Source: Allobaculum fili (GTDB lineage Bacteria > Bacillota_I > Bacilli_A > Erysipelotrichales > Erysipelotrichaceae). Taken from it: DNA of 32,000 bases. The number at the start of each line of letters is the position of its first letter. Position 1 is the first letter of the stretch. Below are positions 15,756 to 24,482 of the stretch, piece by piece. The notes beneath the pieces were generated by a model. It did no database searches. It saw only the letters and a program-made list of their open reading frames with translations, and was not told where the DNA came from. Both the position numbers and the translations under genes were made by a program. The stretch lies in assembly GCF_020969955.1 (NCBI RefSeq), contig NZ_JAHDSX010000002.1, positions 82,138 through 114,137 on the forward strand, read 5' to 3'.

Positions 15756-16247
15756 ATGGGACGAAAATCCAAATTTTCTCCTGAAATCAAGCTGGAATGT
15801 GTTCAACAATATATCTCCGGTGTGGGGTCTGCTGAACTCTGCAAACAGTACGGCATTCTTGACTCGAAAACGATCACCAAATGGGTTGGAATCTATAGGC
15901 GAGATGGTGCCGCCGGATTGATCACACCTAGCGTAAATAAAAGATATTCTTCTGAGCTGAAACAGAAAGTGATTGCGGAATATCGTTCAGGGCAAGCATC
16001 TTTGAGTCAGCTCTGTCTGAAATATCATATTTCTGCCGTCTCAGTAATCCGCCGCTGGCTGAAAGGCGATACGATTTCTCCATGTAAGGGAGGAACGAAA
16101 ACGCCGAATCGAAAGAAGAACTCTGCAAAATCATTCACCAAAGAGCAGAAAATCGAAGCGGTAAAGCAGTGTCTTGAAAACGATAAGAATTATCAGGAAA
16201 CCGCTCATCGTTTTGGCTGCACGTATACACAGATTTATAACTGGGTC
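15756..16247 (+). pseudogene. IS3-family (IS150-group) transposase orfA, 3'-truncated; orfB (DDE) is absent
   Basis: MGRKSKFSPEIKLECVQQYISG...ITKWVGIYRRDGAAGL...SVIRRWLK...CTYTQIYNWV has the multi-HTH OrfA layout. Recognisable similarity stops at about 16247, and the ORF then runs on through non-protein-like GC-rich sequence to 16547. Confidence 0.7.
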
Positions 16248-16289
16248 CCAGCCAGCAGTAAGATAGTTCCTCCTGAAGCTTTCGCGTTA

Positions 16290-16545
16290 TGGAACCAAAA
16301 AGGCTGTTCATGTATAGCTGGCGTTATTGTCGGCTTCGCCGGGACCAGCCTGCGCGGCTGGAGCGCGGTTCACTCCTCTCAAGAAGAGAGGGGGGCTCCT
16401 CCCGTCATACCACTCGCGCTCAAAGATTTCACAGAACCCAGAACCTGCCAAGGGACGCTTCGCTCAAGCCCTTGCCAGAACCTGGAACCTGTGAGACCTC
16501 CTCACTGTGAGCGATACGACAGAAGGAGGGCAATCCGCCCGCTCT
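16290..16545. other. GC-rich, hairpin-dense orphan segment (unknown; possibly a structured RNA or a mobile-element end)
   Basis: No protein-like frame on either strand. Local stems: 16345-16350/16356-16361, 16361-16367/16415-16421, 16375-16380/16386-16391, 16449-16454/16469-16474, 16491-16495/16501-16505. Heptamer CAGAACC at 16432, 16439 and 16476, plus TGGAACC at 16483. Confidence 0.3.
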
Positions 16546-16840
16546 AAACAACAAAAGCTTTTGGCATAATTCGTGCGAAATGCTTGAGCGAGTTTTATTC
16601 ATTCCTGTGTCTGCTTGACGGGGGGCAGAGCGCTTCAAAACTCGAAGCGGTTCTTGTTGCTGGATGGTTTTGAGGGCGTAAGCGAAATTAGTTTTGTGAT
16701 ACTTCACCCCGATAATTGCTTCAAAATCTCATGCAGTATTCTGAATATATCCAGAACGACATATCATACAGAAAAGAGGAGTCCTGCAGGAAATCCCTTT
16801 AAAAAAAGGAAAAACAAAAGGGGGAAAGGAGCAATTTCAA

Positions 16841-17668
16841 ATGAAAAAAGGTTTTGTCGCTGCATTCGCATCCACACTGCTGCTTCTTAGCGGATGCGGC
16901 AGTTCATCCAAACCAACCGTTGCGCTCGCCGATCCGTCCAGTCAGACATCGGTACTCCTGGAAACGTACGAACCGCAAAACGATACGAATGTCAGGCCGG
17001 CGACAGATCCGTCCAGTCATCCGCAGTCCGATACCAGCAAATTGAAGACCCGCAATCCAGTTTCGGAAAAATCCGATCCAGCCGCACAAAAGGCGGATTC
17101 CTCCGAATCTTCAAATCGGCCCGGAAACACTGGATCGTCTTCCCAAACGGAACCTTCCAAACCCGTTTCAGACTCTGCTCCGATTGCGGAACAGAACGAT
17201 TCCACGCTCGACGCAATTGAGGACGATCCCTCAGCTTACTTTGAAACGTCCGAAGAGCAGGAAGACAGTGAATCTGTCTCTTATGTTCAGTCTGCCTGTT
17301 ATGCAGATTACTACTATGTCGGCCTTATCGTGGAAGTGGAAGCGCCTGCCGAAAATCAACCGGTTTCGGCCATGACGATGTATTTCTTCCTTAATACGCA
17401 GGAAACGCTCGGAATGAGCGGACAGATGGCCTGTGTACTGGCACGCGCCGCAATTATGGCCGAAATCAGCGATGAACTGGGCAGTGTTTTTCCGTATGGA
17501 GACTGCGATACCGAAATGGTTGCGGATGAAGATTACGTCATCGTTCAGGTCCGTGTAAACGATCTGGGCGCCTATATTGAAGGCTCCACAAAACAGCCGT
17601 ACGATCCGCAGGATCTGATTTTTACTAATGCCGTTCATGATCTTGAGCAGATCTTCTATTGTGAATAG
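16841..17668 (+). CDS. Lipoprotein of unknown function with a Ser/Pro/Thr-rich linker
   Basis: 275 aa. Signal peptide with lipobox LLSGC. AAAGGAG SD is present. The N-terminal half is low-complexity. Confidence 0.7.
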   Translation: MKKGFVAAFASTLLLLSGCGSSSKPTVALADPSSQTSVLLETYEPQNDTNVRPATDPSSHPQSDTSKLKTRNPVSEKSDPAAQKADSSESSNRPGNTGSSSQTEPSKPVSDSAPIAEQNDSTLDAIEDDPSAYFETSEEQEDSESVSYVQSACYADYYYVGLIVEVEAPAENQPVSAMTMYFFLNTQETLGMSGQMACVLARAAIMAEISDELGSVFPYGDCDTEMVADEDYVIVQVRVNDLGAYIEGSTKQPYDPQDLIFTNAVHDLEQIFYCE

Positions 17669-17748
17669 ACAAATCGGGTGGTTTTGTCGGATGTTCGTTT
17701 CCTTTCTCCCTTTTCCAGAAAGGCAACCCCAGAAGAAATGCTTTGCCT

Positions 17749-17780
17749 CTGTCGTCTGCCTTCATGACGACAGTTTTTTT
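17749..17780 (+). terminator. Rho-independent terminator of the lipoprotein gene
   Basis: CTGTCGTC (17749-17756) pairs with GACGACAG (17766-17773), followed by T7. Confidence 0.75.
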
Positions 17781-18235
17781 CATTCGTGCCCATTGTCCTG
17801 CCTCTGGAGTACAGAGCCTTATCACAGCAGGATTTTCTATAGAAAAGAACAAATAAGTCGACGACTGTGCAAATGAAATTATATAACCGAATAAAATGTA
17901 CGAATAAATAAAAATTCATGATGAAATAAAATAAGATAGGATAATGGCAGGCGTTAAGACAAATGCCGCCAAAGCCCATTTTGTAAAGAACTCATTTCGA
18001 ACGGAAGCGCAGTTCGCCATTATCAGGAAGGGGCTGGAGCAGGATAAGACGATTCTGGGCAGATCAAAAGGAGGACGCCAAAGCAGGGATGTACGATGAA
18101 TACGCTAAATTGTGAATAATTCCTCCATATTTCCCTTTGGAAAATCGTTCCCTCTGACTTTCCGATACGAAAGAGGGCAGAGATCGGACAGGACGGAAAT
18201 GCACAAACGGAACAGGAAACAGAAGGAGTGAGCGT

Positions 18236-19933
18236 ATGAATACGGCCAAAGCTTTGAAAGCAAAAATCCTCGCTATAAACGGAAGAGGCTATCCGGCGTA
18301 TCGGGATTTGAAAGGAAAGTGGGACTTTGGAAGCTATGTGCTTTCCATCGACCATGTGCAGTCCGACCCGTTTGCTTCCCCATCGGACATTTCGATTCAC
18401 ATCGAAAATCCAGGCTTTCCTTCGCATCTTTACGAAAACCGTACCTGTCGGATTGCTTTGCAGGATGCACTGCTGCGGCTGTTTGGCCGGAAGCTGAAAC
18501 AGGCGGATGTGCGCCGCTCCGGTTCTGGAAAATCAGGCGCACTGACGTGCAGTTCGGTCTGTCCGGAAGTGCTTGAACGTTCTGCAGTACAGATCGATCC
18601 GAAAAACGGTTCGCTGATTTTCCGGCTCAACGCAGGCTTTCCTGCCAAAGGCCGTTCGATTCTGGCCAAGGGGCTGGTGATGCTTTTATTTGATACTTTG
18701 CCGCCTTTAGTGGAATCGTCCTTGATTTACGCCAATCTGACGGCAGCGGAAAAAGAGCATCTGCAGCGGGTGTATGAGCTGTCTGTGGATCAGCAGGCGA
18801 TTCGTAAACAGCTTCAGGACAGACATCTCGTGTCCTTTGTGGCCAACGGCGCGATTTTGCCGCGTAAGAGCGGGGCAAGCGCTTTGCCGATGGAGGACGC
18901 GATTCGGTTTGTGAGCGCGCCGGAAAAAGAAATTGAACTCGATCTGCCTTATGCCGGAAAAATCAAAGGCATGGGCATTGACGAGGGCGTAACGCTCATT
19001 GTCGGCGGCGGCTACCATGGAAAATCGACGCTGCTGCAGGCGCTGGAAATGGGTGTTTACGATCATATTGAAGGCGATGGCCGTGAGTATGTCATTACCC
19101 GCAATGACGCGATGAAAGTGCGCGCCGAAGACGGCCGCTGCGTTCATCATGAAAACATTTCTTCCTTTATTCAGAGTCTGCCCGGCGGTAAATCCACGGA
19201 AGATTTCGTCAGTGAAGACGCATCCGGATCGACGAGTCAGGGGGCTAATGTAGCGGAAGCGCTCGAATCCGGAAGCCAGGCGCTTCTGATCGATGAAGAT
19301 ACATCCGCAACCAACTTCATGATTCGCGATGAGCTGATGAGCGAAGTCGTTTCCCCAAAAGAAGAGCCGATTATTCCGTACATTGCCCGCATTCGTGAAC
19401 TTGCCGATCAGGGCGTATCCACCGTGCTCGTTGCGGGAAGCAGCGGTCTGTTTTTTGATAAGGCAGATACGATTATCCAGATGAAAGAATACAAGCCGTA
19501 CGACATTACAAAACTGGCCAGGGAAAAAGCGGCTGCCTTTGCCAAACCGCAGACCAGCGACTATCCGCCGATTGTCACTCCAAACAAACGGATTCTGAAA
19601 AAGAACGACGCGCTCTGTCAGGATAAGGTCAAGGTCAAAACATCCGCGCTCGATTCGCTTTCGATTGCCAGAGAGCCGATCGATCTGCGCGCCCTCGAAC
19701 AGCTTGCCGATTCCCAGCAGTCGGCGGCGATCGGAAAAATGATCGTCTATGCGCAGCGCAATCTGGTCGATAATCAGAAAACGATCGACGAGATCGCTGA
19801 GGAGCTTGAAAATCTTGCGGATGAAAACGGCATGAGCTTTTTTGGAAAGGGCAATTTAGCCCGTCCAAGAAAGCAGGAACTGTGCGGCGTGATCAATCGC
19901 CAGCGTTCCAACGGCTTCCGTTTTCAGAAATGA
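18236..19933 (+). CDS. ABC_ATPase-family protein (predicted ATPase of the ABC class, COG3044-like)
   Basis: 565 aa. N-terminal SIDHVQSDPFASPS and Walker A-like GGGYHGKSTLLQALE. Family assigned from memory. GAAGGAG SD is present. Confidence 0.8.
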   Translation: MNTAKALKAKILAINGRGYPAYRDLKGKWDFGSYVLSIDHVQSDPFASPSDISIHIENPGFPSHLYENRTCRIALQDALLRLFGRKLKQADVRRSGSGKSGALTCSSVCPEVLERSAVQIDPKNGSLIFRLNAGFPAKGRSILAKGLVMLLFDTLPPLVESSLIYANLTAAEKEHLQRVYELSVDQQAIRKQLQDRHLVSFVANGAILPRKSGASALPMEDAIRFVSAPEKEIELDLPYAGKIKGMGIDEGVTLIVGGGYHGKSTLLQALEMGVYDHIEGDGREYVITRNDAMKVRAEDGRCVHHENISSFIQSLPGGKSTEDFVSEDASGSTSQGANVAEALESGSQALLIDEDTSATNFMIRDELMSEVVSPKEEPIIPYIARIRELADQGVSTVLVAGSSGLFFDKADTIIQMKEYKPYDITKLAREKAAAFAKPQTSDYPPIVTPNKRILKKNDALCQDKVKVKTSALDSLSIAREPIDLRALEQLADSQQSAAIGKMIVYAQRNLVDNQKTIDEIAEELENLADENGMSFFGKGNLARPRKQELCGVINRQRSNGFRFQK

Positions 19934-20029
19934 ATTTGAATTTGCGGATGATCTATACAAAATGGATTGTCTGCATCCTGTCGGATTCATCAGAAAACCA
20001 CACGGATAAAACGATTTATCAAACTGCAT

Positions 20030-20078
20030 AAAGCAGGTTTTACAGACGGATTTTCCCTCTGCAGATCCTGCTTTTTTT
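20030..20078 (+). terminator. Rho-independent terminator after the ABC_ATPase gene
   Basis: AAAGCAGG (20030-20037) pairs with CCTGCTTT (20067-20074) over an internally paired loop. The T7 run spans 20072-20078. Confidence 0.65.
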
Positions 20079-20370
20079 CATTTTCAGCGATAGGCATCGA
20101 AGAAAAGGGGAGCGGATAAAATGCAGAAAGGCATAGTCAAATTCTGTCTGCACGATCGTTTGACACTGTCTTGAATTATTTAAATAGATAACGGGAGTAA
20201 AATAAAACAAATTGTTTGGAATTATTATACAAATTAGGAAATAGACATTTCACAGTTACCAATTAATGCAATAGTTTGCATATATCATTAGCGTTATCAT
20301 AGATATGAAGGAAAGAAGTAAACGGTTACAAGAGTTGGCCTTTTAACTGCGTACTTCTTTTACTCAAATT

Positions 20371-22800
20371 ATGAAAAGGATGGAAGATATGATTCGAAAC
20401 TCATTCCGTAGAGCGCTGAAGCGCACGGCAGCGGCGGCTGTCAGCTGTGCAGCAGCCTGCTCGATGATGTTCGCATCCGGAACGCCGATCATGGCCGCTG
20501 AAGACAGCGACGTAGCGATCGAAGCGCGCGTAAACGACATCATCTCCAAAATGACGACCCGTCAGAAAATCGAACAGATGATCATGCCGGATTTCCGTAA
20601 GTGGGGAACCAGTGACGACACCGCAACGGATTTCACCGAAATGAACGATGAGGTTAAACAGATTATCGCGGACTACGACTTTGGTGCCATTATTCTGTTT
20701 GCCAACAACGTTAAGGAAACCGAGCAGTCCTACAACCTCGCGATGGATATGCAGAAAGCAGCCATCAGCGACGGCGGACTTCCGCTTCTGATTTCCGTTG
20801 ATCAGGAAGGCGGCTCTGTTTCCCGTCTGGGCACCGGTACAGCTCTGCCAGGCAACATGGCTGTCGGCGCTACCTTCAATACCGATGATGCAAAGAAAAT
20901 CGGCGAAATCATCGGTTCTGAACTTTCCGTACTCGGTATCAACACCGACCTCGCACCGGTAGTCGATGTCAACAACAACCCGAACAACCCGGTTATCGGT
21001 CTTCGTTCTTTTGGCGATGATCCGGAACAGGTTGGTCTTATGGCTTCTGCCGAAATTGCTGGCCTTTCTGAATACAACGTAATCGGCTGTGCCAAACACT
21101 TCCCAGGTCATGGCGATGTGGCGACAGACTCCCACTATGGCCTGCCGATCGTAGACAAGACGGTCGAGGAAATCAAAAACAACGAGCTGAAACCGTATAC
21201 AGTAGCGATCAACGAAGGCATCGAAATGATCATGACCGCACATATCCTGTATCCGGCTCTCGACAATACAACGCTTCACTCGGATCTGACAAACCAGGAA
21301 GAACAGCTCCCGGCGACTCTGTCCAAGAAAATTATCACTGACCTGCTCAAAGGCGAAATGGGCTTTGAAGGCGTAGTCAGCACCGACGCCATGAACATGG
21401 AAGGTGTTGCCAAAGTCTGGTCCCAGCCGCAGCGTGTTGCTGTAGCCATGGAAGCCGGCGCCGACCTGATCTGCATGCCAACCGTTCTGTACTGCAAGGA
21501 CGACCTGAAAGATCTCGACGCGGTCATCAACTACTGCGAACAGGAAGTTGCCAACGGCAAGCTTACTCAGGAACGTCTGAATGACGCCTGCACCCGTATC
21601 CTGACCCTGAAAGCCCGCAAAGGCATTCTGGACTGGAACGAAAATGACTATTCCATCGATGAAGCCAAAGAAGTTGTCGGCTGCGCCGAAAACAAACAGG
21701 CTGAACGTGAAATCGCTGCCCGCGGCGTTACCGTTACCCGCAACGAAGACAACGTTCTGCCAATGGAAGTTACTAAGGACACAACCGTTCTCGTAGCTAC
21801 TCCTTATTCCAACGAACCTGGCCTGATCTCCCTCGCCTGGAACCGCGGCAAAGATGCCGATACCGTAGAAAACGGTGCGAAACTGGATTATTTCGTATAC
21901 ACAGGCCAGGCTGAACTGACCGACGAACAAAAAGCAAAAATTGATGCGGCCGATTATGTAATGGCCGTTACCGAAGTTTCCAGCGCAGCCCGCATGGGCG
22001 GCAGGCACTGGTCGAGCAAAATACCAAATGAAATCGTGAAATACGCGAGGGAAAAAGGCAAAAAGGCTATCATCATGTCTGCGGACAAACCATATGATAC
22101 CCAGTGGTATCCAGATGCTCAGGCAGTCATGGCCGTTTACGGCAACAAGGGTACCGGAGTTGACCCGACCGAAGCCATCATCGGCGGCGCAACCGGTGCT
22201 AACGAAGCCTATGGACCAAACATCCTGGCCGGTATGGAAGTTGCACTTGGGACCTTTGGTGCCAGCGGACAGCTCCCAGTCAACGTTTACAAGTATGATG
22301 ATGCAACTGGCATGTATTCCACAACCGATGTCGTTTATCCGCGCGGTTCCGGTCTGACTTACCAGTCCAAATCCGATGCCAACCGGATGGAAATGTACCG
22401 TCTTTACAACCCGAATTCCGGCGAACACTTCTACACCAGCAGCTCCAGAGAACGCGACTACCTTGCGAAAGTCGGCTGGAAGAGTGAAGGAGTCGGCTGG
22501 ATCGCTCCGAAGAAATCCAATACTCCGGTTTACCGCGTATACAACCCGAATGCCGGCGATCACCTCTACACACTGAGTGAACGCGAGAAAAACTACCTGG
22601 TTGACCAGGGATGGAAAGACGAAGGCATCGGCTGGTATTCCGATGACAACAAGGCCGTAGAAGTATGGCGTGAATACAACCCGAACGCCAAGAGTGCAAA
22701 CCACAACTTCACAACCAACTTCAAGGAACATACATACCTGATTGAACTTGGCTGGAGAGGTGAAGGCATCGCCTGGTACGGTCTCGAAAACTTCGAGTAG
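20371..22800 (+). CDS. Secreted glycoside hydrolase family 3 beta-N-acetylhexosaminidase (NagZ-like) with three C-terminal repeats
   Basis: 809 aa. Signal peptide, GH3 motif KHFPGHGDVATDSHYG, and a C-terminal 3x repeat Y..YNPN...H.YT...E...L...GW..EG(I/V)(G/A)W. The start could also be ATG 20380 or 20389. Confidence 0.9.
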   Translation: MKRMEDMIRNSFRRALKRTAAAAVSCAAACSMMFASGTPIMAAEDSDVAIEARVNDIISKMTTRQKIEQMIMPDFRKWGTSDDTATDFTEMNDEVKQIIADYDFGAIILFANNVKETEQSYNLAMDMQKAAISDGGLPLLISVDQEGGSVSRLGTGTALPGNMAVGATFNTDDAKKIGEIIGSELSVLGINTDLAPVVDVNNNPNNPVIGLRSFGDDPEQVGLMASAEIAGLSEYNVIGCAKHFPGHGDVATDSHYGLPIVDKTVEEIKNNELKPYTVAINEGIEMIMTAHILYPALDNTTLHSDLTNQEEQLPATLSKKIITDLLKGEMGFEGVVSTDAMNMEGVAKVWSQPQRVAVAMEAGADLICMPTVLYCKDDLKDLDAVINYCEQEVANGKLTQERLNDACTRILTLKARKGILDWNENDYSIDEAKEVVGCAENKQAEREIAARGVTVTRNEDNVLPMEVTKDTTVLVATPYSNEPGLISLAWNRGKDADTVENGAKLDYFVYTGQAELTDEQKAKIDAADYVMAVTEVSSAARMGGRHWSSKIPNEIVKYAREKGKKAIIMSADKPYDTQWYPDAQAVMAVYGNKGTGVDPTEAIIGGATGANEAYGPNILAGMEVALGTFGASGQLPVNVYKYDDATGMYSTTDVVYPRGSGLTYQSKSDANRMEMYRLYNPNSGEHFYTSSSRERDYLAKVGWKSEGVGWIAPKKSNTPVYRVYNPNAGDHLYTLSEREKNYLVDQGWKDEGIGWYSDDNKAVEVWREYNPNAKSANHNFTTNFKEHTYLIELGWRGEGIAWYGLENFE

Positions 22801-22870
22801 TCAATCCCGACTCTGAAGGAAAATGCTTTAGCCGATAGAGCAGACCCATACATCAAAACAAAATAAAACG

Positions 22871-22915
22871 GCAGAGTTTGGACGCATCCGCCGTGCGTTC
22901 GAACTCTGCTTTTTT
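22871..22915 (+). terminator. Rho-independent terminator of the GH3 gene
   Basis: GCAGAGTT..ACGCA pairs with TGCGT..AACTCTGC (22871-22909), followed by T6. Confidence 0.85.
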
Positions 22916-23090
22916 CATGGAATTTCAAGCGGCCGCTTTTCGCTTTTCAAACGCCCTGCTAAGGTAGAAATCAAACTTCGCTTTGCTCCGCTGACCAGAA
23001 ATGCTTCGACATCTTTTTCGTTCCAGAAACAGCTCGAAGCCAACGGGTCGAAACGGCGGCGAAGAACGCACTTGAGAAAGGAGAAAGACA

Positions 23091-23645
23091 ATGGAATTTC
23101 AGAGTGAACGACTGATTTTGCGTCCCTGGAAAGCCGAGGACGCTCAGGTATTATACGAACTCGCAAATGATCCGGATGTCGGACCGGCCGCCGGCTGGCC
23201 CGTTCACCAAAGCGAAGAGGAGAGCCGGCAGATTATCGAAAGTGTGCTGAGTAATCCGCTGGATTTTGCGATCTGCCTAAAAGAAACGTCGACGCCAATC
23301 GGCGCCATATCTCTGATGGTGCCCAAGCTGAAACAGCGTGAGGGGGCATCCCCATACGACAAGGAACTGGGCTTCTGGATCGGCAAGCCATACTGGGGCC
23401 ATGGCTATGTGGAAGAAGCGGCAAACATGCTGATCGATTATGGCTTTGAAGATCTGTGGCTCGATCAGATCTGGTGCGGGCATTATACCGGCAATTCCAA
23501 ATCCGCCAGAGCACAGGCCAAACTTGGCTTTTGCTTTTTCAAAACGGAAGAGCATGTCCTTGTACTGCTGCTTGGCGAATTCCGTGATGAAGTGATCAAC
23601 CGCATGACAAGGGAAGAATGGAAAGCTCTGCGAAACGCGAAATAG
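23091..23645 (+). CDS. GNAT-family N-acetyltransferase (RimJ/RimL-like)
   Basis: 184 aa. ERLILRPWKAEDAQVLYELANDPDV...GYVEEAANMLIDYGF. AAAGGAG SD is present. Confidence 0.85.
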   Translation: MEFQSERLILRPWKAEDAQVLYELANDPDVGPAAGWPVHQSEEESRQIIESVLSNPLDFAICLKETSTPIGAISLMVPKLKQREGASPYDKELGFWIGKPYWGHGYVEEAANMLIDYGFEDLWLDQIWCGHYTGNSKSARAQAKLGFCFFKTEEHVLVLLLGEFRDEVINRMTREEWKALRNAK

Positions 23646-23766
23646 ATTCCAGTGTCAGAACCGAATCCGACCGCTCTTCTTCCTTTTTAAAAGACGCGAT
23701 GCACAAATCTCTGTACAGATTTCTATACAGATCACCATTACAGGCAACCACAGCCAATACATATAA

Positions 23767-23792
23767 GAAAACGGGCCGTGCGGCCCGTTTTT
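23767..23792. terminator. Bidirectional terminator between the convergent GNAT and DUF218 genes
   Basis: GAAAA-ACGGGCC-GTGC-GGCCCGT-TTTT: a 7-bp GC-rich stem, a tetraloop, and A/T runs on both sides. Confidence 0.8.
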
Positions 23793-23849
23793 GCGTAGAG
23801 GGTGAACGATCGGAAGGCAGCAGGAAGAGAGGATTCTGTCCTTTCCTTG

Positions 23850-24449
23850 TTACTGCCGTTTGAATGTCTTCTTGAGCTCAATCCATAAATAGATGATTCG
23901 GGAAATCGCCTCGCGTCCGGCTTTTTTCCAGGTGAAATCCGGTGCGCTCTCCATTGCCCAGTTCGAAAAGAACTGTCTGGCCAGCGCGTTCGAACGTCGG
24001 GCGTGCAGGCCGCCCGTCAGAATCAGGATTGGCTGATCACCGATCATTTCTCTAGCGTATTTCATGTTTTCCCAGGTGTTCTGCGCCCGGGTTTCCAGCA
24101 GGATCGGCAGCTGCGGACAAAGTTCATGAATGTAGTTACCCATCACTTCCGCTTCCACGTACGGATTGCGGACCGCACCGCCAGAAATGATCAGCGTGCG
24201 GTATTTGCCCTGCAAATACTGATCGATCGCCAGATGACAGCGCAGTTTCATTTCACGCCCCAGGCTGCCGTCATCGTGAACCGAACAGCCCAGAAGCAGT
24301 CCAAAAGGATACGGTTCCTGTGAAACTTTCGGTTTGCGGCAGGGCGGCAGCTGGTGTTCGTACCAGACCAGAGACAGCCCAGCTGCAGCCCCGAAAAGGG
24401 AGACGAGGACAGCCTTTTTGTGGCGGTGAGAAGAAGGACGGTGAAACAT
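23850..24449 (-). CDS. DUF218 (YdcF/ElyC-like) domain protein with an N-terminal membrane anchor
   Basis: 199 aa. LLLGCSVHDDGS...LIISGGAVRNPYVEAEVM pattern. Confidence 0.75.
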   Translation of the reverse strand: MFHRPSSHRHKKAVLVSLFGAAAGLSLVWYEHQLPPCRKPKVSQEPYPFGLLLGCSVHDDGSLGREMKLRCHLAIDQYLQGKYRTLIISGGAVRNPYVEAEVMGNYIHELCPQLPILLETRAQNTWENMKYAREMIGDQPILILTGGLHARRSNALARQFFSNWAMESAPDFTWKKAGREAISRIIYLWIELKKTFKRQ

Positions 24450-24482
24450 AGAAAACTCCTTTCTAAAGGAAAAAGGATCGGG

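Noticed and set aside
16248-16547. C-terminal 100 codons of the 263-aa ORF (15756-16547) and overlapping ORFs 16289-16510 (+) and 16429-16707 (-)
   Set aside because: The translations are Arg/Pro/Ser/Cys-rich and lack any family resemblance. They are best explained as open frames through GC-rich non-coding DNA after truncation of orfA.
16290-16720. Possible tRNA, tmRNA, RNase P RNA, group II intron fragment or small ribozyme
   Set aside because: I found no GGTTCGAATCC-type T-arm, no tmRNA 5' GGGG..TTCGAC or 3' ..CTCCACCA ends, no GAGGAAAGTCC, no AGC-triad domain V hairpin (the GAAA-loop hairpin at 16268-16297 lacks it), and no CUGAUGA. It is kept only as an unexplained structured segment.
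20121-20171. 16-codon ORF (MQKGIVKFCLHDRLTLS) with AGGGGAG upstream, and a 13-codon ORF at 20304
   Set aside because: They are too short and unsupported, and could be chance. No leader-peptide logic is evident for the downstream GH3 gene.
20401-22731. 776-aa ORF on the - strand
   Set aside because: It is the antisense shadow of the GH3 gene. The translation is low-complexity (V/F/G/R-rich) with no SD and no recognisable motifs, whereas the + strand carries clear GH3 motifs and a signal peptide.
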